From: Candidatus Heimdallarchaeum aukensis | GTDB taxonomy: Archaea > Asgardarchaeota > Heimdallarchaeia > Heimdallarchaeales > Heimdallarchaeaceae | DNA: 64,000 nucleotides | Reading direction: 5' to 3' | NCBI GenBank assembly: GCA_021513695.1 | Contig: CP084166.1 | Span: 352,001-416,000, forward strand | Shown: positions 19,956-29,707 of the stretch, one piece after another | Numbering within the stretch: position 1 is the stretch's first letter | How the letters are laid out: each line of letters begins with the position of its first letter | Notes under the pieces: model-generated | What the model saw: only the letters and a program-made list of their open reading frames with translations | Database searches by the model: none | Told to the model about the DNA's origin: nothing | Made by a program: the position numbers and the translations under genes

Positions 19956-20675
19956 TTAATTAGGAAGAAAAAGATTAGCAATCCAAATATAAATCAAAAC
20001 AAAAGAAATTGAAAACCAAATAATAATTCTAAACCAATTTTCTTTTCTAAATTCAACCTTTTTATAATGTGATCTTTTAGATAATCCAAAACCCTTGAAA
20101 TATAAAGCTTGAGCCAAAAATTCAGAACGATAAAGAACAGAGGCTATAAAAATAGCTAGAATTTTAGGTAACCATTTGAAAATTGTTCCCTTTGTTTCTC
20201 TTAATCTTATTGTTTCAAAAGTTTCTTCTGCGTCTTTAATTATTCGTGGAGAAAGAGTTAACACTAAAGAAGGAAGTAAAGCAATCTTAGAGGGAAAATG
20301 TAAATTTTCTAGTGCTCTTGTTAATTCTGAAGGATTAGTTTTGGAAAAAAAGAAAACAAAACTTAATCCCCCATTTAGAATTCTAGTTATTGTTAAAATA
20401 CTGAAATACAATCCTGAAAAAATATAGGTCATTCCTCCTAAAAGAATTAATAGAGGAAATATAGCAATAATAATATTAAAAGCGCCGATACTATTTCCAA
20501 AAATGATGTTTTCGAACACGATTATTGCCAACATTATTACTTGAACAGCAATATTTGAAGAGAAAACGAATGAAAACTGAATTATTAAAATAATTATGCT
20601 TAGTATAGGGTTGAATATAATACCTTCAGATTGAAAAATTATTCCGCTGTAAATTCTGTTTAATAAGTAAGACAT
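19956..20675 (-). CDS. ecfT: ECF transporter transmembrane (T) component, EcfT/CbiQ family
   Basis: 239 aa, multi-TM. Immediately downstream of the duplicated ECF ATPase on the same strand. Confidence 0.55.
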   Translation of the reverse strand: MSYLLNRIYSGIIFQSEGIIFNPILSIIILIIQFSFVFSSNIAVQVIMLAIIVFENIIFGNSIGAFNIIIAIFPLLILLGGMTYIFSGLYFSILTITRILNGGLSFVFFFSKTNPSELTRALENLHFPSKIALLPSLVLTLSPRIIKDAEETFETIRLRETKGTIFKWLPKILAIFIASVLYRSEFLAQALYFKGFGLSKRSHYKKVEFRKENWFRIIIWFSISFVLIYIWIANLFLPN

Positions 20676-22397
20676 CTAGTTTCCTCCTTGATCAAAAACC
20701 CCATTAAGAGCTAATTCTGAAATTTCTTCAACAGTAATGATATGGGGAAGTTCAGCTTTGAAACTTTCTTCTAATTCTAAAATAAACCTAACTAACTGAT
20801 TAGGAACGAGTTTTGTTTTTTTCTCTAATTCGTATAAAATTTTCTGTGGAGTTCCCTTTAGTGCGATTTTTCTCTCTTCAATTACAACTAATTTATCAAA
20901 AAAAGGTAGAATACGTTGATCGTTTGTAGCAATAATTACAATCTTTCCTTCTTTTTTAGCTCTTTCAATACAAGTGTATAATAGATTTCTCCCTTCTTCG
21001 TCTAATCCAATTGTAGGTTCATCCAGAAGGATGAATCGTTTGTCAGATAGAAAAGCTGTATATATTGCCAGTATTCTTCTTTCTCCTTCACTCATATGAT
21101 AAAGCTTTCTAGAGATTAAGTGCCAAAAACCGAATTTAGATAACTCTTCTTTAACAATATCCAAATCTACTTTTGTTTTCTTTATATCATCTAGAGGAGT
21201 AGGGCCCATTAAAAATAATTTAGCATTTTCAGGAACATAAGCTACATACTTACTTGTGTGTCTTAAACCCTTTATCTTGTTTCCAAATAGGAGTACTTTA
21301 CCTTTATTTGGTTTGAGAATACCAGAAATCAACCGAAGTAGAGTACTCTTCCCACTTCCATTTATTCCGAGCAACCCTATAATGTTTCCAGGATAGATTT
21401 CGAAATTTATATTTTCCAAAATAGGTCTCCTGTTATACCTAAACGAAACATCTTCAACGTTTAGAACGATTTCATGTTTATCTTTTTTTAATTCTTCTTT
21501 CTTCTCTTGAAATCTATTTTTTAGCTTTAGAATCTTCTCCACTAGTTCTTTTTTCCCTTCTTCTTTTTCTAAACTTTGTTCAACTTTAAGCTTTTCTGCA
21601 AGCAAATAAATTTCTGGTAAGTCAACTCCAGTTAGTTCAGATATTAATTCATGTGATTTTCCTGATTTAATAATTGTCCCATTCTCTATGAAATATATCT
21701 TATCTGCTAAAGAAAACAAATAATCTAATCTATGCTCAAAAACTATAACAAGATGGCCCTTTTCTGCTAGTTTCTTTAATGTTTCTGCAATTTTTATCTC
21801 TGAAGCGGGGTCTATTCTAGCCATTGGCTCATCCAATACTAGAATTTTGGGATAGCAAATTAAAGATAAACAGAGTTCAACTCTTTGAATTTCTCCAGAA
21901 CTAAGTTCAGTCATTATTCTATTTTTTAGATGATCAACTTCTGTGACTTTTACAGTTTCTGAAATTCTTTCGTGAATGATTTCACGCGGAAAAGATAGAT
22001 TTTCCAAAGGAAAAGCTATTTCTTCTTCTACAAGCATGTTAGTTATAAAATCTGAAGGATACTGTGGAATGTAGCCTACAGTTCTGATAAGTTCAAATCT
22101 TGTTAAATTTTCAGTTGGTACTCCATTAATTAGTATTTTTCCTTTAATTTCTGCAGGAATAAACTTAGGAATCAGACCCAAAATAGCTTGTGCAAGAGTG
22201 CTCTTTCCACTTCCACTTTTACCAGCGAAAACAACAAGCTGTCCCTTCTCTAAACTAAAACTAATATTTTTAAGATTCCACTTGCTACTTGTTTTATATT
22301 TAACTGAAAGATTTTCTAACTCTAGCACTCGCACCAACCCAATAAATAAAGAAAGAAAAAAAAAGATTTGTATAGGGCTAGATTTCGTCTTCTTCAT
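20676..22397 (-). CDS. ecfA: Fused tandem ABC ATPase (EcfA-EcfA') of an ECF-type transporter
   Basis: Two complete ABC cassettes: Walker A GKSGSGKST and GINGSGKST, signatures LSSGEIQRV and MSEGERRIL, Walker B LVLDEP and ILLDEP. The start was set to the internal Met (MKKTKSS) to reduce overlap with the upstream S component; the ORF-track start is 22457. Confidence 0.85.
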   Translation of the reverse strand: MKKTKSSPIQIFFFLSLFIGLVRVLELENLSVKYKTSSKWNLKNISFSLEKGQLVVFAGKSGSGKSTLAQAILGLIPKFIPAEIKGKILINGVPTENLTRFELIRTVGYIPQYPSDFITNMLVEEEIAFPLENLSFPREIIHERISETVKVTEVDHLKNRIMTELSSGEIQRVELCLSLICYPKILVLDEPMARIDPASEIKIAETLKKLAEKGHLVIVFEHRLDYLFSLADKIYFIENGTIIKSGKSHELISELTGVDLPEIYLLAEKLKVEQSLEKEEGKKELVEKILKLKNRFQEKKEELKKDKHEIVLNVEDVSFRYNRRPILENINFEIYPGNIIGLLGINGSGKSTLLRLISGILKPNKGKVLLFGNKIKGLRHTSKYVAYVPENAKLFLMGPTPLDDIKKTKVDLDIVKEELSKFGFWHLISRKLYHMSEGERRILAIYTAFLSDKRFILLDEPTIGLDEEGRNLLYTCIERAKKEGKIVIIATNDQRILPFFDKLVVIEERKIALKGTPQKILYELEKKTKLVPNQLVRFILELEESFKAELPHIITVEEISELALNGVFDQGGN

Positions 22398-23145
22398 TTG
22401 AGAGGAAGCCAATTTTATGTAGGTAAGAAACAATTGGAATTGCAATTGCTGTTCCAAAAACTACTTGTCCAAAGTTAAATGGGATCTCTACTAAAGCAGC
22501 GCCTATACCAAAAAGTAACCACTCATAAAGGAAATAACCTACAACGATGATTAATCCACCAGAAACGCAAGAAATAATCATCTTTCCTTTCTCTCCCCAC
22601 AATAGGGTTGAAACCCAGATGAGGGTTATTAACAGTAAAGAAATAATTAATATTACATATCCAGGAAATGTAAAAGTTAATTCCAGTCCTCCAAGTCCAA
22701 GAAGAGAAAGACCTCCCTCGATATTATTGTTAAACAACAATGCGGATGCAGTTATCATAAGAGCTGAAATTATAGAAACAAATGTTATCTGAATCTTTTT
22801 TGAAAATTTGCGTAAGAGCATAAATAGTAACCCAACAGTAAAACCTTCAGCTGATTTTAAAACGAATGTTGCCGGAGCAAAGATAGCATATCCTAAAACT
22901 ATATCCGCAAGAGCAGCTCCTACTCCTCCAGCGATCATCCCTACTATGGGCCCACCTACTAATGCTGCTACGTAGATAAATGCTTCTCCTAAATTAAAAA
23001 AACCTTCAGAAGTTAATGCTAAATAGAAAATAGATGTTGCTAGAAATACTAATGTTGTAAAAGAAGCTGTTGTTGCTAACCCTCTTAAACTCGCTATTTC
23101 TGCAAAATCTTTTTTTATTGAATACCTCTCTATCATTTTTATCAC
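22378..23145 (-). CDS. ECF transporter substrate-specific (S) component-like membrane protein
   Basis: 255 aa. About 6 TM helices rich in Gly/Ala. First gene of the ECF operon. Substrate unknown. Confidence 0.5.
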   Translation of the reverse strand: MIKMIERYSIKKDFAEIASLRGLATTASFTTLVFLATSIFYLALTSEGFFNLGEAFIYVAALVGGPIVGMIAGGVGAALADIVLGYAIFAPATFVLKSAEGFTVGLLFMLLRKFSKKIQITFVSIISALMITASALLFNNNIEGGLSLLGLGGLELTFTFPGYVILIISLLLITLIWVSTLLWGEKGKMIISCVSGGLIIVVGYFLYEWLLFGIGAALVEIPFNFGQVVFGTAIAIPIVSYLHKIGFLSNEEDEI

Positions 23146-23227
23146 TATTCAAGTTTCAACTTTAATATTCAAGATTCAACTTGTATACTCCTTTAAAAAA
23201 TTTGTGGTATATCGTTAATGAGAAAAA

Positions 23228-24031
23228 CTAATCATATCGTTGTTTTTCAGTAGGAAAAGAGCCACTTTTCACTTCTTCATGATATTTTTTTACAGCATTA
23301 GAAATTATTTCCTTGATGTCAACATATTGCTTAATAAACTTGGGTTTAACTTGAAAATTCAACCCTAAAATATCATCAATTACTAAAACTTGACCGTCAC
23401 AATATTCTCCTGCTCCAATTCCAATAGTAGGTATGGTTAAACTTTCAGTTATTTTCTTTGCAAGTTTCCATGGAATGGATTCCAAAACTATAGCAAAAAC
23501 TCCGGCTTCTTCTAGTAGTTGTGCATCTTCAAGAAGAATCTGTGCTTGTTTTTCTTCTCTTCCTTGAACTTTGAATCCACCAAAAATATTAACATACGTA
23601 GGAGTAAGTCCAATATGTCCTAACACAGGGATACCAATTCGAATAATTTTTTTAATATCTTCAATTCTTTCCCTTCCCCCTTCAAGTTTTACTGCTTCTG
23701 CATTTCCCTCTTTAACTAGTTTATGGGCATTTCTAGCTGTTTCAGAGGGATTAATACCATATGTTCCAAAAGGGAGATCTCCAATCAGTAAAGCTCTATT
23801 TACTGCTCTTGATACAGCTTGAGTGAGCATAATAGTATTTTCTAAAGTTACTTTCAAGGTGTTATTATGACCTAAAATTGTCATTCCTAGCGAATCTCCA
23901 ACAAGAATAGAATCAATTCCTGCATCATCAACAATTTTAGCTATTGGATATGTATAAGATGTAAGCATAGTTATCTTTTCTTTGTCTTCTTTCATTCTCT
24001 GAAAATCTTTTACTGTAACTTTATCTTGCAT
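23228..24031 (-). CDS. panB: 3-methyl-2-oxobutanoate hydroxymethyltransferase (ketopantoate hydroxymethyltransferase)
   Basis: 267 aa. PanB motifs: LTSYTYPIAKIVDDAGIDSILVGDSLGMT ... HIGLTPT ... GGFKVQGR. Confidence 0.85.
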   Translation of the reverse strand: MQDKVTVKDFQRMKEDKEKITMLTSYTYPIAKIVDDAGIDSILVGDSLGMTILGHNNTLKVTLENTIMLTQAVSRAVNRALLIGDLPFGTYGINPSETARNAHKLVKEGNAEAVKLEGGRERIEDIKKIIRIGIPVLGHIGLTPTYVNIFGGFKVQGREEKQAQILLEDAQLLEEAGVFAIVLESIPWKLAKKITESLTIPTIGIGAGEYCDGQVLVIDDILGLNFQVKPKFIKQYVDIKEIISNAVKKYHEEVKSGSFPTEKQRYD

Positions 24032-24100
24032 TATTATCAGTCTACGATTTGAATTCTACTATAAATTTTTTCGCTGTATCGAGAAATTTATAGAAAAAAA

Positions 24101-24817
24101 CTATTGTCTCTCTTTACTAAGAAGTAGATAGTTTATTATCATTAGAAACAAAGCAAAAGCTTGATATCCAAGGATATAAGGTAAAATAATAAAATCCTCT
24201 GCAATGATTATTCCAGTAGTAAAAAGAGCCATTGCTAAAATCAAAAATAGAAAAAACCACAGAATGATATTTCTATTTTCTTTCTTTAAACCCATTGCTA
24301 TCCAAAGCATGAGAAAAGAAAGAATAAAGGGTTGGTAAAAACCATTAATTGGCGAAATGGCTAAACTAGGAGCAAAGATAGCAACTAAATAAAAAAGAGA
24401 ACTAAAGAAGAATAAAAGAATAAGAGAGAGTTTTCTTACAATTCTAGGATAGGTATTTAGTTTTTTTTTCCAATTGACTTTTCTTGAAAATTTGTGAATT
24501 ATCTTGTTACTATCCTTAAAAAAACTGTATTTTTCTATGTTATTCATTTTTAAATTATTAATTATAGACAAAATTAAAGGAAGAATAAAAAGAGTGTAAG
24601 GTACATAAATAAGATAAGGGAACCAGTAAATCGCTGGGTCTTTTATTTCTTGGTCAACAGTATCCAAGTGAGATAACACATAACCAGATTGAACAATTGT
24701 ACCAATGGTTATTAATATTAAACTCACAAACATAAAGTAAAGCAAGCTTATCCATATTTTATAACGTTGTTCAGTGAAGAGAACTTTTATTCCAGACCTT
24801 TTTCTTTCCAGATTCAT
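24101..24817 (-). CDS. Hypothetical integral membrane protein
   Basis: 238 aa with 6-7 hydrophobic helices. Lies between the PPS gene and panB on the same strand. Confidence 0.5.
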   Translation of the reverse strand: MNLERKRSGIKVLFTEQRYKIWISLLYFMFVSLILITIGTIVQSGYVLSHLDTVDQEIKDPAIYWFPYLIYVPYTLFILPLILSIINNLKMNNIEKYSFFKDSNKIIHKFSRKVNWKKKLNTYPRIVRKLSLILLFFFSSLFYLVAIFAPSLAISPINGFYQPFILSFLMLWIAMGLKKENRNIILWFFLFLILAMALFTTGIIIAEDFIILPYILGYQAFALFLMIINYLLLSKERQ

Positions 24818-24861
24818 TATTTTACTTTACTTTTTTAAATATATATAGTTTCTTAATTTTT

Positions 24862-25647
24862 TTACTTTGAATCTTTGAATTTTTTTAATTTCTCAGCATC
24901 GAAACTCTTTAATCTTTCACTTATAAAAGTAAGCGATGTGTGTAATGAATCAAAATTTTCAAAATTGCTGATTATTTCTTGAAGATTTAGAGAATCTTCT
25001 TTTTTCATCTCTTGAGCCATTTTTATCATTTCAGGAATTGCTCTAATCACATTATTTACAATAGTTATATTTGACCATAAAGAAGTGCGAGAAAGAGGAT
25101 TTAGATCAATACTTATTACAGTTTTACTTAACTTTCTTAGAGCCATGGTTCTATCTCCATCTTCCAATGGTACCATTACAACATCAGCAGAAAAGATACC
25201 TCTTTTATCTACAATTCTTCTTAAATGTGAAAGTTCTTTTATTTCTGTTTGATAATTAGGATCTAAACCGTATATTTTTTCTGCACCGTTTTCTCTTAAT
25301 ACTTTTTCTAACGCTTTCATCCTTTTTTCGCTGCGATAGAATAAATTAACCTCTAACTTTGAATTTGTTTCTTCTGCTAGTTTTATTATTTCTCTTGGAC
25401 ATAAAGCTGCGACATTTCCATTAACGCTAATAACAGGATTTTTCGCTAAAAGAAGGCTTGCGACTGCAGCTTTTTCCTGTTCTAAAGCAAAAGAAGGAGT
25501 TTTTTCTCCTATTAAGTAATCAAATGCTTCTCCTCTACCATGTGCAATTAATCCAGCTTCTGCGACAATGTTAGAGTGCATTCCATCAATAATTAATTCT
25601 CTGACTCTAAGTGATTCTGCTCTCGGATGATCTTCAGGAATCTTCAT
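24862..25647 (-). CDS. Archaeal 4-phosphopantoate--beta-alanine ligase (phosphopantothenate synthetase, DUF137 family)
   Basis: 261 aa. The N-terminus IPEDHPRAESLRVRELIIDGMHSNIVAEAGLIAHGRGEAFDYLIGEKT matches the conserved start of archaeal PPS (MJ0209/TK1686 family) as I recall it. Adjacent to panB. Confidence 0.65.
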   Translation of the reverse strand: MKIPEDHPRAESLRVRELIIDGMHSNIVAEAGLIAHGRGEAFDYLIGEKTPSFALEQEKAAVASLLLAKNPVISVNGNVAALCPREIIKLAEETNSKLEVNLFYRSEKRMKALEKVLRENGAEKIYGLDPNYQTEIKELSHLRRIVDKRGIFSADVVMVPLEDGDRTMALRKLSKTVISIDLNPLSRTSLWSNITIVNNVIRAIPEMIKMAQEMKKEDSLNLQEIISNFENFDSLHTSLTFISERLKSFDAEKLKKFKDSK

Positions 25648-25738
25648 TAAAATAAGGACTTTTTTTCATATTTATATTGATTTAGATAAAATAAGAAAAT
25701 AGAAAAAGAAAATAAAAAGAAAATAAAAAAAGGAGAAT

Positions 25739-27916
25739 TTAATTTTTTCTTCTTCTGAATAAGAAAGTTGTCATAAATACAGTACTCAAAACAATGAATG
25801 CTCCAAAACCAGGAGTATTAGTAGGTTGAGTGTCAGTTGGTTCTGTTGGTTCTGTTGGTTCTGTAGGCTCTGTAGGCTCTATGGGTTGAGGATTAGGTTC
25901 AAAGTATGTTTTGAATTCTGGATCGTGGTTTATTTCTTTTCCATCCCAAACAGGATAGTTGATTATAATCAAATCTTTTCTGTATAACCAGTTTAGAGTA
26001 GTTTCTTGCTTTTCTGAATCTGTCATTACTTGACCTATATCATCGCTTTCACTTTCAAATTCTCCTACTTCTGTTGAATTAGAAAATGTTTTCTGTCCTG
26101 TTAAATAAACCAAATTTAGCACTGTAGTATTTGTATTATGTGTTGAACCTTCTATCGAATATTCTAGTTTCGAACCACCTAAACTAATGTCAATAAGCGC
26201 TGTGTCATCACTGTATTCTATTGATACCTCTGTTGTGGTTGTTGGAACAGAAGAACCTATTCCTTCTTCATCAGTTTTAGCCGTTACATCTTCTACTGTT
26301 AGCATTTCACTTACTTGATAAGTCGCAAGTGACAGACCCTCCATGCTATTCTTAAGTGTGGAATCTGTTATTCCTCCAAAGACACTTGTTGTAGCTAAAC
26401 TTGCTTCTCCAGTATCTAAGTTAACTGTATAAGAATAATCATAACTTATATCCATTGGATCTGTTGTTACTGTAGTATCTGAAGTGTTATACCATAAAAC
26501 TGGATAATCATTATAATCAATACCCCAACTAAAAGTAACACTACCATCATCGTTTTCTACAGGATCAGTCCATCTAGGAGTATAGTTAATTTCAGCGTCT
26601 ATATCTCCTACTTCTTCCACCACATACTTTTCTCCAACTTCAGTATTGTTAATGTTGATATTGTTATATATTCCTGCACCAGGAGCATAAACAATACTAG
26701 TGTAATTGTTGGTAATGTTATAAGTTACAAAGTATTCATTCTTGTGAGCTTCTGGAAAACCGATATACTTAACCCAATCAATAGGATCATGCTTTACATT
26801 TCCACTATCGTCCAAATATACATCAAGTTGATTGTTGTAATTTCCATCATAGTAAGCTATCATTCTAGAAGGATTAAGTGTTCCCCATACAGCAAAATGG
26901 TCAATAGTTGCATTAGTTGATCTGCTAACAAAAGCTTGTACAACAGCTTGAGCTGTAGATCTACTTTGTAATCGCCCATAAGCTGTAAATTCAAAGCTTT
27001 GGTGACCTTGATCTGCAATTAGTTTAGGTAACATATTTCTTGGATAATAATTATAAGGTACATTTCCTCCATAGTCGTTAAATTCTGGGTCATCTGAAGT
27101 TATTGTAACATTGTGGAGATAAAATCTAAAGAACCCTATTTCCATCTTAAAGACTTCTGCATATTCAATACTAGATTTAATACAACCAAAGTAATTTAGA
27201 GCGATATTACTTCCATCCGTTATAATTACATTATAACCAGTCATTGTTGCATTATATTCAAAACCATAGGCCATATATCCACCTATTATATTTCTTGCAT
27301 AAAAAGTAGAGTTCACTGTTACTTGGAAAGTCTGTGTTGTTATCTGAATAAACATTGCTACAGGTATAATAGCTACTAAATGATAAAACTTGAATAGACC
27401 ATATTCGTCAACACTGTCGATAAATTCTATAAGAGTGCTGTTTACAAAGGATTGGCCAAGATACTCTTTTTCAGTTGATAGAAAAAGTACTTCATTTGGT
27501 AGATCTGAAGTTACATTTAGACTAACATTATAATGCGCACTTCTAGCCCAAATGCGTGGCATAAGATCGTTGTTAACGTAATCTACCATAGTTTCATTAT
27601 TTACTAAAACCTTAAACTCTGATTCACTTCCATTTCCCCAAACACGGAAGTCAACTATTAAATAAATAGCATCTACTAACTCATAACCAGTCACTAAATC
27701 TAAAGGACCAGTATACATCGTAGTTTCTTTATATTCTTCATCTACAAGCATATAATCAAAATAACTATAAGAGCCTGATTCACTGAAAGTTTTTACTTCG
27801 TGAGAATAGTAGATACCATTAATTTCATTAGTTTCTCCCACTGAAGGGGGAGTTAGCGAAACAACCGAGAAAATAACCAAAGATATAACTAAAAAAGTTA
27901 ATTTCTGTTTGTTCAT
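25739..27916 (-). CDS. Secreted surface protein with a (PTE)n linker and a PGF-CTERM archaeosortase (ArtA) sorting signal
   Basis: 725 aa. N-terminal signal peptide. The C-terminus reads ...PTEPTEPTEPTEPTDTQPTNTPGFGAFIVLSTVFMTTFLFRRRKN: PGF, then a hydrophobic helix, then a basic tail. Confidence 0.7.
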   Translation of the reverse strand: MNKQKLTFLVISLVIFSVVSLTPPSVGETNEINGIYYSHEVKTFSESGSYSYFDYMLVDEEYKETTMYTGPLDLVTGYELVDAIYLIVDFRVWGNGSESEFKVLVNNETMVDYVNNDLMPRIWARSAHYNVSLNVTSDLPNEVLFLSTEKEYLGQSFVNSTLIEFIDSVDEYGLFKFYHLVAIIPVAMFIQITTQTFQVTVNSTFYARNIIGGYMAYGFEYNATMTGYNVIITDGSNIALNYFGCIKSSIEYAEVFKMEIGFFRFYLHNVTITSDDPEFNDYGGNVPYNYYPRNMLPKLIADQGHQSFEFTAYGRLQSRSTAQAVVQAFVSRSTNATIDHFAVWGTLNPSRMIAYYDGNYNNQLDVYLDDSGNVKHDPIDWVKYIGFPEAHKNEYFVTYNITNNYTSIVYAPGAGIYNNININNTEVGEKYVVEEVGDIDAEINYTPRWTDPVENDDGSVTFSWGIDYNDYPVLWYNTSDTTVTTDPMDISYDYSYTVNLDTGEASLATTSVFGGITDSTLKNSMEGLSLATYQVSEMLTVEDVTAKTDEEGIGSSVPTTTTEVSIEYSDDTALIDISLGGSKLEYSIEGSTHNTNTTVLNLVYLTGQKTFSNSTEVGEFESESDDIGQVMTDSEKQETTLNWLYRKDLIIINYPVWDGKEINHDPEFKTYFEPNPQPIEPTEPTEPTEPTEPTDTQPTNTPGFGAFIVLSTVFMTTFLFRRRKN
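25838..25880 (-). repeat. Tandem 9-nt repeats (ggttctgtt/ggctctgta) encoding the PTEPTEPTEPT linker
   Basis: Direct reading: ggttctgttggttctgttggttctgtaggctctgtaggctct. Confidence 0.8.
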
Positions 27917-28112
27917 ATATTATTATTTGCATCAAAATATAAAAGTATATTTTTCGAATTTTCTCGAATAATTTAAAATCATTGTTTTTTCTTTTATAAC
28001 CAATCTAACAATTTCTAAATAGAATGTAGATATTTTGTTAAAAAAAATTAATAACTTTCTTGTACTATTTATATTTCTTAAAATTTATATAACATAATGT
28101 TTGTTCTTTCCC

Positions 28113-29696
28113 ATGAGTAATGAAAAAGGCAGTAAAATTAATCATTTGGTCGGAATAATACTTTACATTGGCATATTTACTTATTTTATCACTTCCTTAG
28201 TTTCTCTTATATTGCATTTTTCTGATTTAAAAGTTCATGGTTTTATCTTAAATCTATTTGCCTTACTTTTTGAAACACTTGGTCCTTTATATGCTGTTTA
28301 TTTTATGATACAATTAATTGACGGTATTCTAAATGTTGGAGAAATTAGTTATAATATTGATAAGATGACAGAATTTCCTAAAGTAACAGTTATTGTACCT
28401 ATTCACAATGTGAATCCTGCTGTTTTAAGGGATACATTATTGGGTTTCAAAAACCAAGATTACCCCAATTTTGAACTGTGGGTTGGTGATGACAGTACAG
28501 ATGTTAAATTACGTGAAGAATGTGAAAAAATTACAAAGGAAACAGGTTTTATTTACTTTTATAGAGAAAATGATCGTTTCAAAGCACATATGGTTAATAT
28601 GATTTTGGAACAACCTCAAGTCAAAGAGTCAAAATATGTTGCCTTTTTCGATGTCGATCACATTCCTGAACCAAATATTTTGAAAAAATTTGTAGCTATA
28701 TTAGAAGAGCATCCTGAATTCGTTTTTGTTCAAGGTAAATTCGGCTTTAGGAATGCGAAGAACTATCTTCATGTGTGGGAAGCTATGTCTCTCACACAGA
28801 TGTTTGCTAGCCAGAATGCAAGAAGAAAAACTGGTAATGTTCTCTTCTGTGGGAGTACAGCTTGTTTTAGAAGGGATATACTCAAAGGTTTACCAGAAGG
28901 GACTTTAACAGAGGATTATGATTTAACTATTAGACTCGCTTCTGAAGGTTACAGAGGATATTGGCTAGATGAGATAAGTTCAATGAGTTTGGTACCGGAA
29001 AATATAGGACATCAAATGTCACAGCTTAATAGATGGATGACTGGGCAAGCTGGAGCATTATCAGACCATGTTGGTAAGTTATTTAGAAGCAAAATGACTT
29101 TCAAACAAGCAATTGACTTTGTAGTTTCTTCTACTGTTGTGCTTGTAGCTACTTCATTCTATTTTTTAGGTATCTTTTATGCTCTGATTTATGCATTTAA
29201 AATACCTATCTATCGTGCATTAGGACTAGATGCTTTTTCGCTAGTAATAATGCCTATATTGACCTTTATTATTTACATCTCCACTCTAACAGCGACAACA
29301 ATATATACTGCAAAATCTGGTACTTATCCTTTAAGATGGTGGCACGTACCCTTCTTTTTGGCTTTTGGAGGGATGACAGCTCCTTTCTTAGTTTTTCCAG
29401 TAATTAAAGGACTATTTAGAAAAAATAAAATAGTTCCAGGAAAAACAAAATGGAATAAACAAGTACCTCTGATTCCATTGTCTATCTTCTTTTCATTACT
29501 TGGAATGGTTTTTATAGGTCTAACAACATCTTCAGTTTTAGATTTCTTATCAATTACAAATTGGTACGGATATAATTATTTCTTTATTTTATTTGGAGTA
29601 ATAGGCATTACGCTCGTGTTTGCTTTTCCATTTATAGTGATTTCTAAAATGATGTTTAAATCACAACACTATGAAGAAGTAATGATATATCATTAA
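28113..29696 (+). CDS. Processive family-2 glycosyltransferase (cellulose/chitin/hyaluronan-synthase-like) with an integrated membrane domain
   Basis: GT2 motifs: TVIVPIHNV, DDS, FDVDHIP (DxD), TEDYDLTIR, QLNRW (the Q-x-x-R-W motif of processive beta-glycosyltransferases). Two N-terminal and about six C-terminal TM helices. The ORF track used a TTG at 28101; I prefer the ATG at 28113. Confidence 0.8.
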   Translation: MSNEKGSKINHLVGIILYIGIFTYFITSLVSLILHFSDLKVHGFILNLFALLFETLGPLYAVYFMIQLIDGILNVGEISYNIDKMTEFPKVTVIVPIHNVNPAVLRDTLLGFKNQDYPNFELWVGDDSTDVKLREECEKITKETGFIYFYRENDRFKAHMVNMILEQPQVKESKYVAFFDVDHIPEPNILKKFVAILEEHPEFVFVQGKFGFRNAKNYLHVWEAMSLTQMFASQNARRKTGNVLFCGSTACFRRDILKGLPEGTLTEDYDLTIRLASEGYRGYWLDEISSMSLVPENIGHQMSQLNRWMTGQAGALSDHVGKLFRSKMTFKQAIDFVVSSTVVLVATSFYFLGIFYALIYAFKIPIYRALGLDAFSLVIMPILTFIIYISTLTATTIYTAKSGTYPLRWWHVPFFLAFGGMTAPFLVFPVIKGLFRKNKIVPGKTKWNKQVPLIPLSIFFSLLGMVFIGLTTSSVLDFLSITNWYGYNYFFILFGVIGITLVFAFPFIVISKMMFKSQHYEEVMIYH

Positions 29697-29707
29697 TTAA
29701 AAAAAAA

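Noticed and set aside
22378-22457. 80-nt overlap between the ECF S-component gene and the fused ecfA gene, as a possible programmed frameshift or fusion
   Set aside because: The overlap most likely comes from an over-extended ORF-track start. An internal Met (MKKTKSS) gives a normal short overlap, and the N-terminal 20 residues have no ABC-domain function.
28101-28112. TTG start codon for the GT2 gene at 28101
   Set aside because: An in-frame ATG at 28113 (MSNEKG...) is 4 codons downstream and is a more conventional start. The extra residues (FFP) add nothing recognisable.
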